64,000 nucleotides of DNA from Selaginella moellendorffii. Lineage: Eukaryota > Plantae > Lycopodiophyta. This document shows positions 13,893 to 24,384 of this stretch, piece after piece. The DNA lies in the NCBI RefSeq assembly GCF_000143415.4, contig NW_003314303.1, forward strand, positions 1,456,676 through 1,520,675. The letters are read 5' to 3'. Made by a program: the position numbers and the translations under genes. The notes under the pieces were generated by a model. The model saw only the letters and a list, made by a program, of their open reading frames with translations. It made no database searches and was not told where the DNA came from. Positions within the stretch are counted from its first letter, which is position 1, and every line of letters begins with the position of its first letter.

Positions 13893-13918
13893 TCGATTCG
13901 ATCGATCGATCGATCGAT
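13889..13918. repeat. (CGAT)n self-complementary microsatellite after the LRR stop
   Basis: GATCGATTCGATCGATCGATCGATCGATT. Confidence 0.8.
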
Positions 13919-14039
13919 TGTTACTGGATTTTGGATTGGATGATTTCTTGTGGATAAAATTCATTACGCCAATAACTCAAGAACCCTAAAAGGCAAAAAG
14001 GACTTTCTTGGAAGAACCCTAAAAACAGAGGATTGGAAT

Positions 14040-14390
14040 TCATTGTCAATTCGATTGGATTGAATCCGTTTCTAGCAATGGATCAGTAAGTGGTCATTTC
14101 CTTCTCTTGCCTCCCTGTTCTAGCAATGCAAAATTTGTTTTTGCCCCGCAGCTCTAGTGATGGTCTCGCCTTTGATAGAAAACAGAGTTCTTGGGTGATT
14201 CCTTGTTAATTCGATGGGATTGGATCAATCTCTAGCAATGGAGCATTAAGTGGTCCTTTCCTTTCCTCGCCTCCATCCCTGCTCTAGCGATGGAAACTTT
14301 GTTCTTGCCTCGCTGTTCTAGTGATGGAACTGAGTGGTCATTTCTTCCATGGAATGGAGCTATAAGTGATCATTTCTTCCTGCCCTTGGT
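14040..14390 (-). repeat. Imperfect tandem duplications in the FEN1 3' UTR
   Basis: ~14044-14163 and ~14204-14328 are near-duplicates. Each contains a copy of the TAAGTGRTCMTTTC motif that overlaps the FEN1 stop at 14370. Confidence 0.7.
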
Positions 14391-16496
14391 CGTGGCTTTT
14401 GATTTCTTCGCAGAGCTCCCTTTCGTCGTCTCGGGTGTCTCCTATAGATGAGGCTTCATGAGTTACAATACGGAGCTTTTAACTTGCGCACGCCACGCCA
14501 CAATCACTCCACTCACCTTTCTCTTTGTAGCAGCGGCTGCTGGCGAGGACGACGCAACGGGCTTGAAAAATGACTCCATCCTGCACAGATTTCCACTCCA
14601 AAACTCCTGAGAAATCCGAAGCACAATTAAAACAGCTACGACAGACCTTCCCTGGGAGGACTTGTTCTTGGCGCTCTTGATCCTCTCGATTGCCTGGGGA
14701 ACGGAGCCTGCGCTTTTAGTTTTCTATACCCAAAGAGGTGCCGCAGCTTTACCTTTGTCACGCGATCGATATTGAATCCATTCTCTTCTACCAGAAACTT
14801 TTTCAATCCCTGCAGCAGGAGATTAGCAAGAAGATAAATGAAAACTTGGACTTATTTACCTCCTCATCGGGTGCATTCCATTTGAGCTCCGGAAGCTCTT
14901 CATCTGGCAGCACGATGGGCTCTTTAAAGAGCCGCCGGGCTTCTTGGTAAGGCCAAGATTCTGGAATTTGGTATCTGGTTTGATATTGCAAGTCAAAGCA
15001 AGAGATATCGTATGGAAAAACGCACCTGTCCTTGTTCAAGTTCTCCAATACTGCTTCTAAAGTACTGTGCTGTCTAATAAGTTTCAAAGCTGTCTGTGGT
15101 CCAATTCCTAACAAGGTACAAACCAGGTAACCACTGTTTTAACGATAAGCAAGAAACTTACCGCGAATCGTGTCGCAGTAGTCACACCCGCAAAGAATGC
15201 AAAGATCAATAAACTGATCCATGGAAAGGTTTAGCTCTTGAAGAGCCTAGACAGCCAAGAATCAACACTCATTGTGAGAACAAAAAAAAGCTTAAACGCA
15301 CGCACCGTAGATATCTGGAACTCCATAACTGGTATTTTACGAGAAGCTGGCTCCATGAGGTGCCGTAAGAATCTCGGACTTCCAAAGGTAAGGGAATCCA
15401 TGTCTTCAGAAGCCACGGCATAAACCTGCGGAACAAAACCGCAGTAGATTCAAAGACGAGAAAGATCGAACTGGAGAGATAGAGAGATCGAACTACCTTG
15501 TCAGCTTTGCACAAGGCCGCACATTCAGCTTCTGCCTCGCAGGGAGCCTGTTACAAAGTACAAGCAGTGAAAATCTTTGCTGATGCAAAGATCCACCAAA
15601 GAAAAAAGAGTACCTCGATGACCGGAATTCCCATGAGCCGTAGCAACTTTTGACAGTCTTCATTGTGTTGCTTTGTGACCTTCACAGGAACCATGTTGAT
15701 CGAATGAAAGAATCAAATGGAAGTGAGGCGTACCTTTACTGTTCTCTTGCTATACTTCTCTATGTCCGCGACTTCACCTTTCTGCAGGACAAGGACTATA
15801 ATCAGACAGAAAAACACTACACGAGTATTTCAGTAACGCCACCTCGATCGCTTCCGTAAGCCCTTCAGTGGCCTCTTCACGCCTCGCACCTCTGATTAAA
15901 AAAACAAAAGTTTGAAGAAAAACTGTGCTATCGGAGCTACCTTTTCACAAGCTCAGCTTTCTTCAGCTCCGGAGGTTTTCCATCAAAGACATACCTGACG
16001 TGAATGATCACTCGTAAGAAACAAACAACAATACAGTAAGAAAAATCGCCACAAACTCGATGTTCTTACACAGGCTTCATCCCGGACTCCAGCAAGCGAA
16101 CTGTCCGAGTAAACATTCCCTGCAAATGACTGCGTTGGAGTCAGCGAAAGAACTAAGTATCAAGGAAAGAAAAAAAAAGGAATTTGTTCTTCCTTTCAAA
16201 CAAACCTTGTAATTTCTCCAGCCTCATTCGTGAGCATTTCAGTGCCAGTTCGTCCCACAACAATCTAGAATGCAAGGCTTCTTGTGTGAGACACAACGCA
16301 AAGATATCTAGAACTCACCAAGAACTGATATATACTCATACTCGCATCCACAGCGATTTTCCGCCCAAAGTAGCTCTCAAACTTCTGCTCCTTCATGGCG
16401 CCGGGCGCGTTGTCCGCCAAGAGCTTCGTCAATCCCTGCGCATCCAAAGCTATAGCGCTAGCCAAACGAGATAGGACGCACTACCTTGATCCCCAT
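14370..16496 (-). CDS. FEN1: Flap endonuclease 1, about 17 exons with ~50-80 nt introns
   Basis: MGIK (16485-16496) | [28 protein letters not shown] ... [11 protein letters not shown] ... [24 protein letters not shown] ... PIP-box-like QGR.ESFF ... KGRKK stop (TGA 14372-14370). GT-AG introns of 49 nt (16436-16484) and 54 nt (16265-16318). Confidence 0.96.
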
Positions 16497-16675
16497 TGCC
16501 CCCAAAATGCGTGGGAGCGCCAAAAGAAAGAAGCGCGAACTCAAGAACCCTAACTCACCTAGACCGCTGGATCAAAGTAAATCCGACGGCCAGATAAAAC
16601 TAGCCGAGCTTTAGGTCAGGGTTGAGTGTCCCATTTTCTCTCTTCCTGGTAGATCTTCGCGATTTCGAGGCAGCG
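16497..16675. promoter_or_regulatory. Compact bidirectional promoter FEN1/SDH2 with E2F site and telo-box
   Basis: 179 bp between the two ATGs. TTTGGCGC (E2F consensus WTTSSCSS) on the minus strand at 16517-16524 and AACCCTAA at ~16546-16553. Confidence 0.65.
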
Positions 16676-17614
16676 ATGTTCACGGCAGCTGGAGCGATCG
16701 CCAAGCGCCTCGGCAGGCCCGCTGCCAGTGCTGTAAGTATCAGGGCGAGCGCCACCGCCTCGGATTCCGCCCTCGGCCAGGAGAAATCCTCCAACATCAA
16801 GGAGTTTTCGATCTATCGCTGGAATCCCGATGGCAGCAGCAATCCCCAGCAGCAGGTCTACAAGATCGACCTCAACGAGTGCGGCCCCATGGTGCTGGAC
16901 GCGCTCATCAAGATCAAGAACGAGGTGGATCAGGGTCTCACCTTCCGGCGATCGTGCCGGGAGGGGATTTGCGGCTCCTGCGCGATGAACATCAATGGGA
17001 AGAATGGGCTGGCCTGCCTGACCAAGATCGAGAAGGACGCTGCCCAGACGTCGGTGCTTCCGCTGCCACACATGTACGTGATCAAGGACCTGGTGGTGGA
17101 CCTCACGAACTTCTACCAGCAGTACAAGAGCGTGGAGCCGTGGCTCAAGACCAAGACTATGCTAGAGGCTGGCCAGAAGGAGCACTTGCAGAGCAAGAAG
17201 GAGAGGCTGAAGCTGGATGGGATGTATGAGTGTATCCTGTGCGCGTGCTGTACCTCGTCCTGCCCGAGCTACTGGTGGAATCCCGAGAAGTTCTTGGGTC
17301 CTGCGGCATTGCTTCACGCTCACAGGTATGGATGGCTCTTTTGTCCTTTGATCTTTGCCTGTTCTAGATGTGTTGGGTGTGTTTTGTTTGTAGAGCTTTT
17401 GTGTGTTCGTGAACTTGGGTTCTAATTGGATCTCTTCCTCAGATGGATTGCCGATAGCCGAGATGAGTACACGCGGGAGAGGCTGGAAGCCATCGCCGGA
17501 GACTACAAAGTTGGGCGCTGCCACACCATTCGCAACTGCGAGAACGCTTGTCCCAAGGGATTGAGCCCTGCTAACCAGATCATCAAGATCAAGGCGCTCC
17601 AAAACACCCTCTAG
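16676..17614 (+). CDS. SDH2: Mitochondrial succinate dehydrogenase iron-sulfur subunit, 2 exons (16676-17325, 17443-17614)
   Basis: Transit peptide [12 protein letters not shown].., then [38 protein letters not shown] and [20 protein letters not shown] intron 17326-17442 restores HR|WIADSRD. Confidence 0.97.
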
Positions 17615-17719
17615 ACACCTCCAGATCTTCGCTTTTTTCCTCTGGAATAAGTGACAAGCGTTTCTTCGTCGATGAATAGCAATAAAGGTTGACGAAAGCT
17701 CTTAGCTTTACTTTGAGAG

Positions 17720-17990
17720 TTTTGATCTTTCTTTGGAGCAATGGTTATATATCTTAGCCGCGATACATTTACAGTCCACTCAACTAAGGTCATATTTCTT
17801 ATGGTTTTATTTCGGCCACGATGGAAGAAAAAGTTTGATCTTTGTTTTGGAGCAATGGTTATATCTCGAGAAATCTTAGAAAACGTTTGATCTTTCTTTT
17901 GAAGCAATGGTTATATTTCGGCCACGATGCTCGAAGAAAAAGTTTGATCTTTGTTTTGGAGCAATGGTTATATTTCGGCCACGATGCTCG
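17720..17990. repeat. Tandem ~55-80 bp repeats spanning the PPR stop codon and 3' UTR
   Basis: About 4 copies of GTTTGATCTTT..TTGGAGCAATGGTTATAT(TTCGGCCACGATG). Confidence 0.85.
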
Positions 17991-19524
17991 AGAGAACTAC
18001 GTACGAGGAAGCACTCCTTGGATCCAAATGCATCACTTGCCCGGTTGCCCGGCTGCCACCCTCCACATCTCTTCCAGTCCGGCAAGCCCCGAGCAGGCTC
18101 CTCCATGCCGACGCCCTCGGCAAATACGGCATCCCCGCAAGCAAATCCTCGGCATGCCGCAAATGCCCAGCTCTCCCGAGCATCTCCACGACGCAGCAGT
18201 AGTGCTGCGGCGTTGGCTTGAGGGCGAAGTCCGTGACCATCGAGCAGAACTTGGCCCAGCCTTCGTAGAGCTTCCCCGAGTGGATGCAAGCCAGGAGCAC
18301 GCAGACAAACGAAACGGCATCGGGGGATTCGCTGAGCTTCATCTGCAGGAACATTTCCATGGCCTCGGCGTGGTGCCCCGTGTGTGCGAACGACGCCACC
18401 ATCGTGTTCCAGCAGATCATATCCTGTTCCGGGCTCGCATCAAACATCTTCTTCGCGTCTCGCAGATGCCCGTTCTGGGCATATGCTGCGAGCATCGCTC
18501 CCCAGGAGACCATGTTGTGCTCCGGCATCTCGTCGTAGATGTTCTTGGCCTCCTCCAAATGCCCAAACTCTCCGTAGGCAGAGAGCATAGCGGTGCAGGA
18601 CACGAGATCGTGGCTCCGCATTCTATCAAACAAAACCCTTGCTTCCTCCAGATGCCCGTTTTGGACATACGCTGCAAGCATAGCGTTCCAGGAAACAATG
18701 CTCCTCTCCTGCATCGTTTCAAACACTTCGTAGGCTTCTTTGATCTTGGCATTGTCTGCGTAAGCCGATAGCATCGCTGTCCAGGAGACGAGATCTAGCT
18801 CTGGGATCCGATCAAACAGTCCCTTAGCTTCGTCAACTTGCCCGTTCTGGGCATGCGCCGAAAGCATCGTAGTGCACGAGATTAGGTCCCACTCCGGCAT
18901 GGATTGGAAGATACTCTCCGCCTCTTTCAAGTGTCTAGCATCCGCATAAGCCGAAAGCATAGCAGTCCAGGTGACCATATTCTTCTCACGCATGGAATCG
19001 AAGAGCTCTTTGGCTCCTTCCAAATTCCCGGTATGGGCAAATGCTGATAGCATCGCAGTCCACGACACAAGGTTCCACTCGGGCATCCGATCAAAGTGGC
19101 GCTTAGCCTCGTCCAAATGCCCGTTCTTCGTGTATGCAGCGAGCATGGCAGTCCAAGAGACCTGGTTCCTCTCGGGCATCTCATCGAAGATCTCCTTGGC
19201 ACTCTCAAGTTGCCCAGCCCGCGCGTACGCAGAGAGCATGAGAGCCCAGGAAAAGACGTTCTTGTCGGCGATGGCGTCAAAGACGCGGCGCGCCTCCCCG
19301 ACGCTGCCAAACTTGCCATAGGATTCTACGAGCTTGTTGGAGACGAAGGCATCTCGCTCGAGCGGGACACGGTCGGCGATGCACGAGTGGATCTCTCGGA
19401 GCATCGAGAGGCCCCGGCACAGGCCAATACGCTGGCCATAGACGTAAGACTCCGCTCCATTGGTGTCGAAGACGCTGCCACCACTGTCTCTAGCTCTCTG
19501 GATCTTCGTCTCTATCGTCACCAT
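17968..19524 (-). CDS. PLS-class pentatricopeptide repeat protein with E domain and no DYW (likely organellar RNA-editing specificity factor)
   Basis: Run of ~31-aa repeats (VSWTAMLSAYA..G.L.EA..IF..M.E), then HYCCVVEMLGRAG and AWRSLLGAC...YVVLSSI. Single exon. Confidence 0.92.
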   Translation of the reverse strand: MVTIETKIQRARDSGGSVFDTNGAESYVYGQRIGLCRGLSMLREIHSCIADRVPLERDAFVSNKLVESYGKFGSVGEARRVFDAIADKNVFSWALMLSAYARAGQLESAKEIFDEMPERNQVSWTAMLAAYTKNGHLDEAKRHFDRMPEWNLVSWTAMLSAFAHTGNLEGAKELFDSMREKNMVTWTAMLSAYADARHLKEAESIFQSMPEWDLISCTTMLSAHAQNGQVDEAKGLFDRIPELDLVSWTAMLSAYADNAKIKEAYEVFETMQERSIVSWNAMLAAYVQNGHLEEARVLFDRMRSHDLVSCTAMLSAYGEFGHLEEAKNIYDEMPEHNMVSWGAMLAAYAQNGHLRDAKKMFDASPEQDMICWNTMVASFAHTGHHAEAMEMFLQMKLSESPDAVSFVCVLLACIHSGKLYEGWAKFCSMVTDFALKPTPQHYCCVVEMLGRAGHLRHAEDLLAGMPYLPRASAWRSLLGACRTGRDVEGGSRATGQVMHLDPRSASSYVVLSSIVAEI

Positions 19525-20929
19525 TTACAAAGCTCCATAGCCTTTTATTAGAAAGGAAGAAAAAATTATCTCTCTATTCAAATAAATTGTGAATCTTAAT
19601 ATGAGCTATGCCAATTTTGGGAAGTCCTTTAACCGATTTGAAAAAAGGGTAAATTTCTTGTTCATAAACTCTTTCTCTCAAATTATTCCTTTTTTCCATA
19701 TTATTGAAACTCTTTGCTCAGAAACCCATAGAGCTTTTGGGGCTACTAGAGTCATCTGCAAGAACTACAAGAGCAAAGTGCTTGCGTAGGATCAACTCAA
19801 TTTCACACTTAGAAACACACAAAAAGAGGTCATGAACTTTTCTATCACACTTTAAAAAATCATTATTAAATGTTAGTAAACAATTTGAAACACAGGAATA
19901 ATGCCTAGCCTACCTCATAAATTCCTGGACACTAACACTATACTGTCATCCTCCACAACTCGACAATTTACTCAAATCCTAACCAAAATTGTTTGATTAT
20001 AGAAAATCACCTCATGCCACCTAGCCACCTTATCATCTTCCTCTTGCTTTTGTTATTTTGGCATATGCTCATAGATTTTTTTTTTTGAAATGTAGTAAAA
20101 ATTATCATGTGTTTTAGGTTAAGGAATCCTATACTTTCTCATTTAATATTATACATCCACCGATATATACCACCGATATATGCACCGATATATATCCAAT
20201 CCTATTGACTAAAGTATAAGGAAAACTAGAAATATACCAAATATTTTAATTAGACTAAGATATGGATAAATGCTTATGTACTATGGTGGATAATTGATGT
20301 TATGATTAAGTGCAAGCTTAGGCATGAAGCAACAGAAAATTCACATTAAATTCTGATATACAACAATTATTTTATAGATTGTATGATTATGCTAGAAATT
20401 CATTATATGTTTTTCAGATTTTAATATTTAAAAAAAAATTACTTTAGGAGATTAAATAACAAAAGGCTTTTTCAGACGTTAAAAAATTATTTATTAAATA
20501 TTTTCTAATGATAAATCATTGAATAGAAAAAAATATTGTGTTTGTTCATAAATGTTATTTTAAATTTTAAGAATGGGTGAAATTGTCAATTTAATAAATT
20601 TATTGAAATAAATACAATTATATCATACAGTATAAGTTTTATATTTACTTTAATTTTGAATAGTTTTTAAATACAGAAAAGTTATATTAAAAAAAATATT
20701 TTGTACGTTTTATTTTAATGGCAATACCATGACCATGTTTTAATCTCTATATATATGATAGTTCTATAAGATTTTCTTTAGAGTATTTCCAAACAACCAA
20801 TATTAACAGTTTTATGAATTCAGATTAAAATATTTTTCTTTCATTGCTTTGCTAATTGTTGTTGTTAGAATGAGGTGCTACTGCTTTTGTCATTTTGATT
20901 AATCTTGGGTTTATAATTTATAAACATTC

Positions 20930-21540
20930 TTAAAATAATCCCATCTAACTAGTCTTGTGTTTATTAATCATCCGATGGGGGTAACTATAAAGGGGTTATT
21001 TCTTTAACCACGTCTTAGTGAATAATCTTGCTAATGTTTGCTGTCCGTATATACTGGTTCCGTGACATTATCCCCCACGAGTTCCACAAATCATTGGTCC
21101 TGGTTTGAATGGGTACCGCATGTGGAAGTCAGATAGTTTTGAAACATTTGTTAAATTTTCTAAGGTTCCCATGTCCAATCACTTGAGGATTAGCCAACCC
21201 AGTCAATGAAGTAGTACAGTCAATGTTGAAGGATCTTGGAATCTAGGATTTTAACAACTTCGTACTCAGAGTGACCATCAATCTGGACTTCGGGAGCTAG
21301 TGGGATGACTCGACCTGGGATGTCATTAGCGATGTATGGTTCAAGCAGAGAAACGTGGAAGACAGGATGAAACGCATGGTCGAAGGAAGATACAACTGAT
21401 ATGCCAATCAGAGATGCCAAGGCATTGATAGTCAAATTTACCAAATAGACGAGTATGCCGAAATAACCAAATTTGATCACCAACCTTGAACTCAGAAACC
21501 GTGAGGCAATGTCGATCAGAAGTGAGTTTGTGACATTCGT
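20930..21540 (-). mobile_element. 3' remnant of a Ty3/gypsy chromovirus (integrase end, chromodomain, PPT, start of LTR)
   Basis: [35 protein letters not shown] on the minus strand. PPT GTGGGGGATAA precedes the TGTCACGG LTR start at 21067. Confidence 0.8.
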
Positions 21541-21585
21541 GAGCCTCAAGTAAATGTTGTTAGTGATCATGAATTTGATCATGTT

Positions 21586-21930
21586 TTGAGGCATCCTTCT
21601 GTGGGTGGATTCATCACTCACTGTGGGTGGAACTCGACGCTGGAGAGTGTTTGCACAGAGCAGAATCTGAACTGTGCGTTTCTGGTGGAGAAGAAGCTCG
21701 CATTGAGCCTGCGAAGGAGACAAGACGGAGTTATTGACAAGGCAGTGATCGAGGAGGCTGTCAGAGTTCTGATGAATGGGGAGGAAGGGAAGGAGATACG
21801 ACGAAATGTGGGTGAGCTTGGCAGGGATGCCAAGAGGGCCGTTGTGCAAGGGAGTTCGTCTTCGGCAAACCTGGAGTTGTTTGTTGAAGGCTTGAGAGCT
21901 ACAAAACAAGAAGCTGTTAAAAGAGTATGA
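21586..21930 (+). pseudogene. C-terminal remnant of a family-1 UDP-glycosyltransferase
   Basis: [21 protein letters not shown] (PSPG box) with the GVPM..WP segment missing, then EQxLN ... [11 protein letters not shown]. The 5' part is replaced by the gypsy remnant. Confidence 0.85.
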
Positions 21931-23027
21931 GTATGTACCTTAATATTCAACTTTGAACTGCAAGATCATAGATCGATCTTATGATATACTAATGAAATAT
22001 GTAACATTCTAAAAATATACCAGAATATCCAGGACTTGCTCCAGAAGCTGAGATCCAAGAAGGCTGTTGTTTCATCACTTGCTTTCCATCTCCAGAGGCA
22101 GATTAGCCAGCCCGTTAGGTTGTGAAGAAACTCCCGCTGAGCAAAGGATATTCATAGCGAGATTCAGTTAAGGATTAAGAACTAGAGTCAGGCTGAAGCG
22201 AACATTATTCCGTTTAAAAGCCATTATACAGCCAGGGCAGCATAGTCGTTTCTTCTTCATCATTCCAAAGCTCTTCACGTTTCACTCGCTCGCATACTTC
22301 GGACAAATTGCAGCAATTGGATGAATGACACGTGTCAAATCAAAAATCATAAACCCAACATTTAAACTAAATGCAGACTGGCCAAAATGAAAGAACACAC
22401 ATTGTCACCGCTGGATGAATAAACGTGTCAGGTTAAGGGAGTTAAGCCCAACACAACCTTGGCCGCGAGGGATTATGCCCATTATAATCAATTTTTGAAT
22501 TTTGATTCTGCTTCTTTTGCTTTCTCTGCTGATTCTGCTGCTTTGGAGATGGCTGATACTGAGATCCAGCCGGTCGCGGAGATTGCTGATCCAGAGATAC
22601 AGCCGGGCCTGAGGCTAAGAAACCTCAGCTTGAAGCGCATTTGCTACTGTTTCTGCCGCCGATGACGAAGAAATTGACTTGACCAAGACAGAGGAAGAGG
22701 CTGGAATGTTCTTCCTGCTCGCAGGGGTACGCGAATGTCTCAGAAGAGCTGCTGCAGTTGCTGTTTCGGATAATCCCCCAGCAGATGCTGCAATGCAAAT
22801 TGTAAGGCTAAAATTCATGAATTTACTACAAATTCGCCTCAAGCTTGCCACAAATAATATGCATCTACAAAATTGCCTCTAAAGCTGCATCAAATATTTT
22901 GCCTCTACACCAACAAAAAGGATTTCCTCACCATCGCATCAAACCTAGTCAGTGATTAGGACTTTGTTAGGTTACAACCTCCAGATCGACCTGCACGCCA
23001 GCCAATCTTCTTCAATCGTTTGTTTGT

Positions 23028-23656
23028 TCAGAATGGCAAAGCTCTGGGAGAACAGACGCCTTCTACGGAGTTTGGCCAGCCTGGGACTCTCGGATCGCAC
23101 GAACGGTGGGAGACTTCCTGCGGGCACATGACAACGGTACACCCATTCTTGAGATTGAGCCTCTGGTAGTTCCGGGTGCAGCTGATATTACGTGGGAAGT
23201 GATCAAGTACGGCACCAAGCATAGCTTTCCACCTGCAAATGCTTTTGTCTTCCATCTTTGTCATCGAACTTGGCAGCAACAACATCTTCCACTCGTGGCT
23301 GCAAACACCAACCTGAACACAGAACTCTGGGACATCATTCGGATCTTGACTCTATGGACGATCTACAGAGAAAGAATTGACGTCTTATATCACCATAGGA
23401 CTCAGCCGAACGACATCAGAGCCGCTGTCAGCTTTTGGTCGGATCTCTTGGTTTCACTCGCATCTCGATGGGAGAGGATCAAGCACAGGTCAGCCAAAAA
23501 GCAGCAGCAGTTTCTTGGCACGTGGCTGGTAATGAGGACTTTCAGGAACGTCAGACCTTTCGGTGTCACTTGGAATTGGAAGCCGCCATGGACTTTGAGT
23601 GGTAGAAGAACAACTTGAAATGTTCTCCAGTTTTTCTATGAATATATACACATTTC
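23028..23656 (+). mobile_element. 5'-truncated LINE (ORF2 C-terminus and tail), diverged family
   Basis: WDIIRILTLWTIYRER and terminal W.W.PP motif like the other LINEs here. The tail AATATATACACATTT resembles their AATGTACATACACGTTT tail. Confidence 0.6.
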
Positions 23657-23664
23657 ACCTAGTC

Positions 23665-23712
23665 TGATTAAGCCGGGGTTCGAACCAGGGACCTCAAGCA
23701 TGTGAGTGAACT
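23665..23712 (-). pseudogene. 3' half of a tRNA-Val(CAC)-like sequence (tRNA pseudogene or SINE head remnant)
   Basis: Minus strand reads CTCACATGCTTGAGGTCCCTGGTTCGAACCCCGGCTTAATCA: anticodon loop, variable loop and B box/T arm. No D arm or A box. Confidence 0.6.
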
Positions 23713-23796
23713 TAGTTTGTACTCTAAACAACCTTTCAGAATGAGAGGTGGAGGTCAAGGCCGGCGAGGATAGCTCAAGGACAAGTTGGTGTTCTT

Positions 23797-24380
23797 TTGG
23801 ACGATGTGAATGACTATGTCTCATTGCAGCAGCATCTTCTATCTCTAGGTCTTGTGCAACAAGGATCCCAGTTCTCTATCTTGCAGGAGCTGCGATTTGG
23901 GTCTGCCGCTCCAGAGTTCTTCTGCATTCCTTTCACCCAAGAACCTCTCACAAATGACTCAGTGTATTATGTCATGATTCAAAGACCCTCTTCCTCAGGT
24001 ATGATTTCCTCCTACTATCTCATCAGACTTCTGATGCTTGGAAACTCGTGGAGAGGGTGAAACAATCCGGGGTATTTGGATGCATTCTGCTTATGGGGGT
24101 TAGTGGCTGTGGTAAAACAAAGTCTACAATTATGGAGGTGCTACTTGACGGGAGGCTTGGTACAGTAGTCTGCATTGCAGGGATAAGCATCAGCATCATG
24201 CAGATGGAACTGGATAGTTATATCATGTTTGGTGTGGCCAAAACTGTGAACGGGCCCCCTGGATTCGTAACAAGCTTTGACAAATGGGAGAGGGCAGTGG
24301 ATGTTTACAACTTTTGCAAAAAGTATTTGAAGATGCTTGGCCTTACAACAGCCAACTACAGCAGACTGTTTGAAAAGTGA
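23797..24380 (+). pseudogene. Fragment of a P-loop NTPase gene
   Basis: ILLMGVSGCGKT: hydrophobic strand plus Walker A. No intact start or Walker B visible; truncated by the adjacent LINE. Confidence 0.4.
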
Positions 24381-24384
24381 GAGT

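Noticed and set aside
22459-22882. Short Ala/Glu-rich ORFs
   Set aside because: Non-ATG starts, no domain and no splice evidence.
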